This document shows positions 55,291 through 64,000 of a stretch of 64,000 nucleotides of DNA, piece after piece. The stretch is from assembly GCA_951406725.2 (NCBI GenBank), contig OX597828.1:56730001-56794000 (forward strand), in the 5' to 3' direction. The notes under the pieces were generated by a model, which saw only the letters and a list, made by a program, of their open reading frames with translations, had not been told where the DNA came from and searched no databases. Every line of letters begins with the position of its first letter. Positions within the stretch are counted from its first letter, which is position 1. The DNA comes from Octopus vulgaris. Its lineage: Eukaryota. The position numbers and the translations under genes are program-made.

Positions 55291-56852
55291 TTAACTTTTT
55301 CGGTAACATATTCTCACACAGGTTTCGCATTAGTTATATAACTTGGTGTTTATCTGTATGTATACTTAGCAATTGGCGTGTAAGTTTGTATTTCTACGTA
55401 TGCACATAGAGTGCTAAATGATGTTCATATTTATGCATGTAATTTTATATCAGCAGCTGTCATTCAGCGGACGCTCAGCATTGACTGAACAGACTTATGG
55501 TAAAAATTACACAGGACATTACCACTGCGTCGTAACTTCAGGATTAGTGTAATAGTTATTTTGACAGCAATGTGTGTGGATTTCTGAAAATCAGCTCTGT
55601 TTGTACTAATTTTTGTCACGTCCTCTTATTTATCCCGATTCGGTTGGCTGTAACAATTGCAGTTATATCCACCCAACGCGAACCCTATTGATTTTGTAGG
55701 GGCTTGTGAGAATATTAAGCCGGCTGCCAGGTCCAACTAGTCGAGTCTAATAGTGACTGGCACCTGACCGTGAGCTGAAACTTGGGCTAAGACCAGATAT
55801 GTCACTGATCTGAGAAATATCCAAGCAGGGGGTTCTGTTAGAAATTTCGATTCCCAGGAAGACGCGTAAAAATGAGGCAAACGAAAGCAAGAGATTGAAA
55901 CATGATCAGCCTGTGGAGCTATCGCTGAAACAAGTAAAAGACAGAAGGCAAATCGAAACAAACTAAAACATCACCAAATTGAGCAATTCACTTCATCGTA
56001 GTTTAGAAGCCCAACAGAGAACTACAAATGCAGATTCCCATATACACTATTTTAAGGTGAATTTTGTACTCTGAATAATAAATCTGTCATAGCATCAAAA
56101 CATACAGTCTGTAACTTTATTTTTTCTTCACAACCAGCTCTAGTCGATCGCCAATGATAGTTGTATTTTTCTCATTAGCAGAAACGGAAGACAAATTACA
56201 GACATTAGAATTATTTGATGGCAAGCAACATTCTGAACCATACATGCTTCTATAAATAGGAATAAAGAAGCATAACATAAACTAGAAAGTCTTCAGTAAA
56301 TGGAACATTTTAGTATATGTTACTAATGATTTAGATAGTATAACATACTTTTGATTTTGAATTCAGACGTATACAAAAATATATTTCAAGGAATCGTATA
56401 CATTTAGAAACTGAAATAGGAAGAAATATATGTCGAAAAGACAGATGGAACACTTGAATAGTAAAGTATTTACTGTAGCACGTACATGCTTGTACTTATT
56501 GTAGTACATGCATATATTTCGAATAACTTCTACAATGACAAGAAGTGAAAATAGTGAATTAGTTGGATAAAACGATTTACAAATACTACCCTAAGAAGCT
56601 GATGAAACTAAAACAGAATATTGGGAATGAAAAAATACACAATACTGGTTGAATAATTCCTTGATAGAATAATTAAAGATGCAGAGCTTCCTTGTATGTG
56701 TCGTGTTCAGAATTCTAACTATGCTGACTTCAGCTTCAGCTTTCATCAGTTAAGGGTTGAAAAAATAAGTACAATTCGACTGCAGTTCCCTATTGATGAG
56801 TACTTTCAACCAGCAAACATTTGATTTTACGTTTTTGTAAAAAAAGGCATCC

Positions 56853-57110
<258 letters not shown>

Positions 57111-57149
57111 AGAATCCTTTCTTATGTACACTTTCGTGTTGTTATCTTT

Positions 57150-57540
57150 TTATACTTTAGGGACATTTCGTCCTTCTTCAAGCTGTGAGTTAAATTCTGC
57201 CAAACTCGACTGTGCCTTTCCCCCTTTTGGTATCGACAAAATAAGTTCAAGTTGAGTACTGCTGTCGATGTAATCGACTTACACGCCTTCTCGAAATTGC
57301 TGACCTTGTGTCACAAACATTATATTTCTCGAGGCAGTGATCTAGCAGACTCTTTAGCACGCCGTACAAATGCTTAGCCGCAGTTTGACTTTCTTCAGGT
57401 TCCGAGTTCTAATTCTGCTGAGGTCGACTTTTTCTTGCATCCCTTCGACATAGAGAAATTAAATAGTAGTTGAACACTGGATCGATTTGTAAACTAGCCC
57501 CCTACCGCTTAATGTCAAGCTATACGCCTACATTAGACAA
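57150..57540 (+). mobile_element. Two decayed SINE family M copies
   Basis: GAGTT..AATTCTGC..GTCGACTTT..CATCCCTTCG motifs occur twice. Confidence 0.7.
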
Positions 57541-57699
57541 GACTGTAATTATAGTAGCTGTTTCTCTAATCAGTCTTGCATTTTGGCTGTCTTAAAGAAC
57601 TGGAGGAAGCACACTTGTAATTTGATAACATAGACCTTCATATAGTTCTTCCTTGGGATGCTTCAGATTTCTTAGATTAATCCTAACAATTTGGCCGTG

Positions 57700-58560
57700 C
57701 ACAATTGTGAAAAATTAACAATGCTTTTCCTGAGTTAGCTCGGATTTTTCAAACACGCCCCTATCTCATAAAACGTCATCTGTTGGTTAACATCTGCAGT
57801 CTTTGAATGTTAAAGACGTGATAAATTTATTTGAAAATGTTAATTATAGCGAAACTATGACAAATGCTTTTTACTAATATGAGAAGTGCTCGTGAATAAA
57901 AAAGGAGTTTTAAAAATATTATGCTTACGCATGTTTTTCACAAATCGAGTGGCATTTTAGGTGTTATTTGCCGCACAGTTTCATTATACATTTATCCATG
58001 TTACAAACACTTGGTGATATATTTCACATTGACCGTCACCATAATTTTCACAATTCTCAAGGAAATTCACAGATGCGATTTGAAAATAGACAAGTTTATT
58101 GAACAATATACCAGCATAGTGTTAAAGCTCTGCACCAACTTTCACCAATTATTCCTTTCAGGTTCATTTGGCATTAGCTTCAAATTTCAAGTTAACTAAG
58201 ATAACTGCATACAATTAAACGTCATTCATTTGTGGCAATTTTGGACATTATCAATGGCCTCGAAAAATATTTGCATCAACCCAAGTTTTATAGGAACATG
58301 TGGGCGCAAAAATGTGAGTAGTATTGTGTAACCGTTCAACAATGGTCTCATAATGAGTCGGGTTGAATTACTTCTTGAAGTGTTCCGTCATGTTGCAAAT
58401 AGTGTTCACAAACTGTTCAGCTATTTCCCAGAGAAAACAATAAAACATGAAATGTTCCTGCAATTTACTATCAAAATACTATGGTGTAATGAGGAAAATG
58501 TGACAGGCTTATCTTTTTCAATCACTGGAGTATGCAAGATCCGTTTGACAGCTTATTAGT
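57700..58560 (-). pseudogene. Older Chapaev3-like transposase remnant
   Basis: PHVPIKLGLMQIFFEA (cf. PPLHIKLGLMKQFVKA) and NFLENCENYGDGQCEIYHQ (cf. 43970-44030). Confidence 0.6.
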
Positions 58561-59819
58561 ATTAGTTCGAGACAGTATGCAATGAAGTATGAGTATGCAA
58601 ATGTCCAAAAACACGTTGCATTTTAAAGGTGTACTAGAAGCATTTTTAAATGTTAACGTGTACTATTTTTTGCACAAGAAACCAGGATGATGAGTGACGA
58701 AAGGGCATAGCTTCTGATTTTGAGAAAATGGAATTTTTTTTTTATAATTTCGTTAGCATTTTACCTTCTTTTTTAATTTCACAATTTGTATGCTTGGATT
58801 TTCTTTGGTAAACGTCCGCTTACCTAATTTGTCAATCCTGTATCTATAAGCTTATACGTTTCGATTATACATTTTTATTTGTTTTTTTCTATAACGTTTT
58901 CAAAGCCTTCCATGTTTTAAATTTATATTTTCTACTATTCGCGCAAGTTTATTTAACTATATAATTATTACTCATTCTATTGTATTGAAGGATTTGTTTA
59001 TGGGAATTATAAAGGAAAACACATTATTGTGGATTGATAGATAAGTTAGAGCGTTGGTAAAAGTTCCAGGCGGTATTTGTCTATTTCTTTGTTCTGAATT
59101 CAAGGCCTCTTTGAATTCTATTTCTTGAAGGTCGATGGACCTCTCATACCCACTATGTACACATCCCAATGGAATCTTCTAAGACTTTCCTAAAAAATGA
59201 CTGCTGCCATACGGGAATTAAAAACAATTGTTATTGACTCACTGTTGACAGAAGGTGTGACGACTAATTTGTTATTTCACAATATTATTATAGACCTTAG
59301 CAGGGGTGGTCTTATTTGAATTACTTGCTAAAAATAATTTTAATTAAGGACGGTTGGCTCTGATATGCCAATGCAGATAAATACAGCTTGTTAGTGCTAC
59401 ATTATTGCAGTTGATTTGATATTGTCTGGCAGATATGCATGCTGTAGAAAGTATAATATTGTAACAAACAAACTAAAATATCGCAGCACAAAACCAATTA
59501 CGTCGCTAAATGGCAAGAAGAAATTAATGACTGTTTTAATGAACAATTAATGGAAAGAAATTATTTTGAGCTGTTCAGAAATTAACTTCAAACATAGTCA
59601 TGAGAGCGACATAGCACCAAAACAATCGTTTTAAATCAAACATATCTGGCTACGAATATACATTAGTCTTAGATTTTAGCATATTTAGCTGGACACAAAC
59701 AAATAGAATATCGAAAAACCAGACGTTGTTTACTTGTCGCAGAAGCTAGATCATGTGTGTTAGAAAAAAAGAAAAACAATACCCATCCCCGGGAAACATG
59801 CGTATTTTCTTCCTACCTC

Positions 59820-61380
<1,561 letters not shown>

Positions 61381-61407
61381 ATAACAATAATAATAATAAT
61401 AATAATA

Positions 61408-62030
61408 AGTGATAAGTGTAGAAACTTTGGACATAGTGGTGAAACCGTATGGCATATTACCAGCCAATGTACGCTACTAACCCAGAATATAAGAGACGCC
61501 AAGGTTTGTCCATTGGACACTTTGCAACAAGTGAAAGAGGAAAAAATTGGTACGACCACAAACACGAAGGCATAATCGAAAATAATAATGCTAAGATCGT
61601 CTGGGATTTTATGATTCAGTGCGACCATATGATAGATAATAGAAAGCCACATATAGTCTTAATTGAGCAAGAAAACAAGCGATGCAGGATCATAGATATA
61701 GCATGCCCAGCTGACAACAAGGTATGCGATAAAGAAGAAAGAAAAGTTGATAGGTTTGACAGGTTAGATTGGTAAGTAAAGCAGTTTTGGTCAATGAGAA
61801 AAGTGGTAGTGGCACCAATAACTGTCTGAGCCCTGGAAACAGTGAGTAAAAATTAGAGAAGTACAGGGACCAATTAGCGGCTGCAATAAGAGTGGAGCAC
61901 TTGCAGAAAACAGCACTTCTTGGAACCGCTCGAATACTCGGGAAGGTGCTCGAAAAATGAGAGTTGTTCATTGGTAGTGAACAGCTGACACAGTATTACA
62001 CCTCCAACGTTAGAAGCTGTGCAAAGGCAA
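61408..62030 (+). pseudogene. Second R4/Dong family 3' end
   Basis: ETVWHITSQC, IVWDF, IIDIACP, LQKTALLGTARILGKVLEK* plus UTR and TAA tract. Confidence 0.9.
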
Positions 62031-62137
62031 CAATAATAACAATATTAATAATAATAATAATGATGATGATGATGATGATGATAATGATAATGATAATAAT
62101 AGTAATAATACTACTAATAATAATGATAATAATAATA

Positions 62138-62204
<67 letters not shown>

Positions 62205-62249
62205 TAATAATAATAATATTGATGACGATGATGATAACAATAATAATAG

Positions 62250-62545
62250 TAAAACTACAAAAATATAAACCCATAATCTGCTTAACAAAAATGTATAAAA
62301 TACTAACTACTGTCTTGACTGAATATGCCTATAGTTTTGTAATAGAAAGTGGCATATTCCCTAATGAGCAAAAAGGATATAAACGTGGGTCCTATGGTTG
62401 TAAAGATCAGCTACTCCTCAATAAGAAAATCTTGGAAGATTGTCAAAAAAGACACAAAAACTTGTCCATAGCTTGGATAGACTATAAAATTATTTTCATA
62501 GTGTACCATATAACTGGATTAAGAAGTGTCTGGAAATGTTTAAAA
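62250..62545 (+). pseudogene. R4/Dong RT N-terminal fragment
   Basis: YKPIICL..NEQKG..GSYGCKDQLL..NLSIAWIDYK. Confidence 0.88.
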
Positions 62546-63815
62546 TTGACGTGTGTATAAAAGAGAGAAGTGTGTGTTAGATTTATGAAAAATGTAACAC
62601 ACACTTGTAAATACAGGCGCGGCGCGCGCACACACACACATACATTTGCATATATGTAATATATATGTTTATATGCCAAATGAGATAATATGGTATTTGT
62701 ATAATAAACACATGCACACAGGTAATTCGAAACATAATACAGATATTTACGGCGATAAATAACGTTATGCCCATATACCTATAGAAAGCAGAAATAATTT
62801 CAAACAAATTGATAAAAAAAAAATTCTGCCTGCGTGCGAATTTGTTATGAATATAATCGCTATAAAATTCAAAGGCAACTGACCGAATGGTTAAATACAT
62901 TATTTCAAAAGATTTACTAAAATCCCTATTAATACATTTGCATTGAACAAGAACAGCGCCTAGGCGAAAACATCTTCGTTGTTCATAGCACGTAAAATGT
63001 ATCCTTTGCTTAAAAATAAAATTGAAGGGCATGTGGAGTACTTTCAATTTTCTAATTGAAATATATATGTTAAACAGGTTTTACGATGTGCAAAATGTTA
63101 TTAATGGTGCCTCAGTGATTCAGGACAAATTAAAGGAAAAAGGAAAATTCACTTAAATAATTGCGTTAGATAGCTGACGTCGGAAGAAATAAGGAAAATA
63201 TAAAAGCACACACTGAGTCTAGAACGAATAAGTCTGAAGCGATTTTTATTTTGTTACTCTACTCGTTTCAACTATATATATATGAGACAATTTATAAATA
63301 ATGGAATTACGTATATTTCTGTATTGGAGTAAATTCTGCTTAGAGCAGTTGTCAGTAATCACCATGGGTTTGTTACCGATAGGTTTACACAATTAGTCAA
63401 TTGAGGAATTGAGAAAAGTTGAACGACCTATAGAATTAAGGCTGTATTCGCCAGAGTCATTTCTGGTTATAACAAGGCAGAACACTGAAGATATGTTAGA
63501 TGCATGGGGAAGCGGCGGGGGAAAGGCATATAGAAGAAAGATAAATTGGAAAGGAGAAGAGAAGAGATGATTTGCAAGGGAGGGACCAAAGTAAGGAGAA
63601 AGAAAAAAAAAGAATTAAAGAAGGGATACAAAGAACAGAAGAGGGGACGATTTCGATAGGAGAAGAGGGATAGGATGGACGAAAGTATTTGTATTATTTT
63701 TAGGTTTCATATTCTCCAAATATTGTATTCGAATTTGACATGGTCCCCTTACAAACATGGTCAACATAATTTTTTTATATTTGGTCATTTGTACTATCAT
63801 GCATAGTGCCATTTC

Positions 63816-64000
63816 TCTTTTCTTCTTTACTTGTTCCATTCATTAGAATGAGGCCATGCTGGAGCACCGCCTTGAAGGAGTTTTAATCCACTTCTGTTTT
63901 AAGGCTACTATATATTCTATCGTTCTCTTACCGAAGCGCTATCTTACAGTGACGTAAACACACCAATACCGGTTGTCAAGTGGTGTTGGCGGTGGTTGAT
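63816..64000 (-). mobile_element. SINE family K 3' part, runs off the window
   Basis: GGCCATGCTGGAGCACCGCCTT...GACGTAAACACACCA. Confidence 0.8.

Noticed and set aside
55614-56131. Solo LTR (TGTCAC...TCACA with AATAAA)
   Set aside because: No TSD, poor terminal inverted repeat and no second copy
63615-63839. GIY-YIG C-terminal remnant
   Set aside because: Similarity limited to a few residues

Overview
Eukaryotic, AT-rich, repeat-saturated window, most likely from an octopus genome (inferred from the tRNA-derived SINE families and the very high microsatellite load), probably intronic or intergenic. No intact protein-coding gene, rRNA, tRNA gene or CRISPR array is supported. Almost all ORFs in the track come from microsatellites or decayed transposons. 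Contents: (1) many R4/Dong-type RLE LINE fragments stacked in (TAA)n tracts, plus a ~555-bp non-coding element with the same targeting; (2) at least four SINE families (labels M, K and R are mine); (3) Penelope-like element (PLE) remnants with inverted or tandem pseudo-LTRs carrying about a dozen hammerhead-ribozyme-like (HHR) motifs, one with an intact core; (4) Helitron, Tc1, maT-type and Chapaev3-type remnants and a 1044-bp solo LTR; (5) one candidate 42-nt host exon. The most interesting signal is a composite unit of tRNA-derived Pol III head + (TAA)n + minimal hammerhead, present as a nested inverted pair at 26.6-27.6 kb and reminiscent of retrozymes and Schistosoma Sm-alpha. Everything was read by eye; boundaries of decayed elements are approximate.
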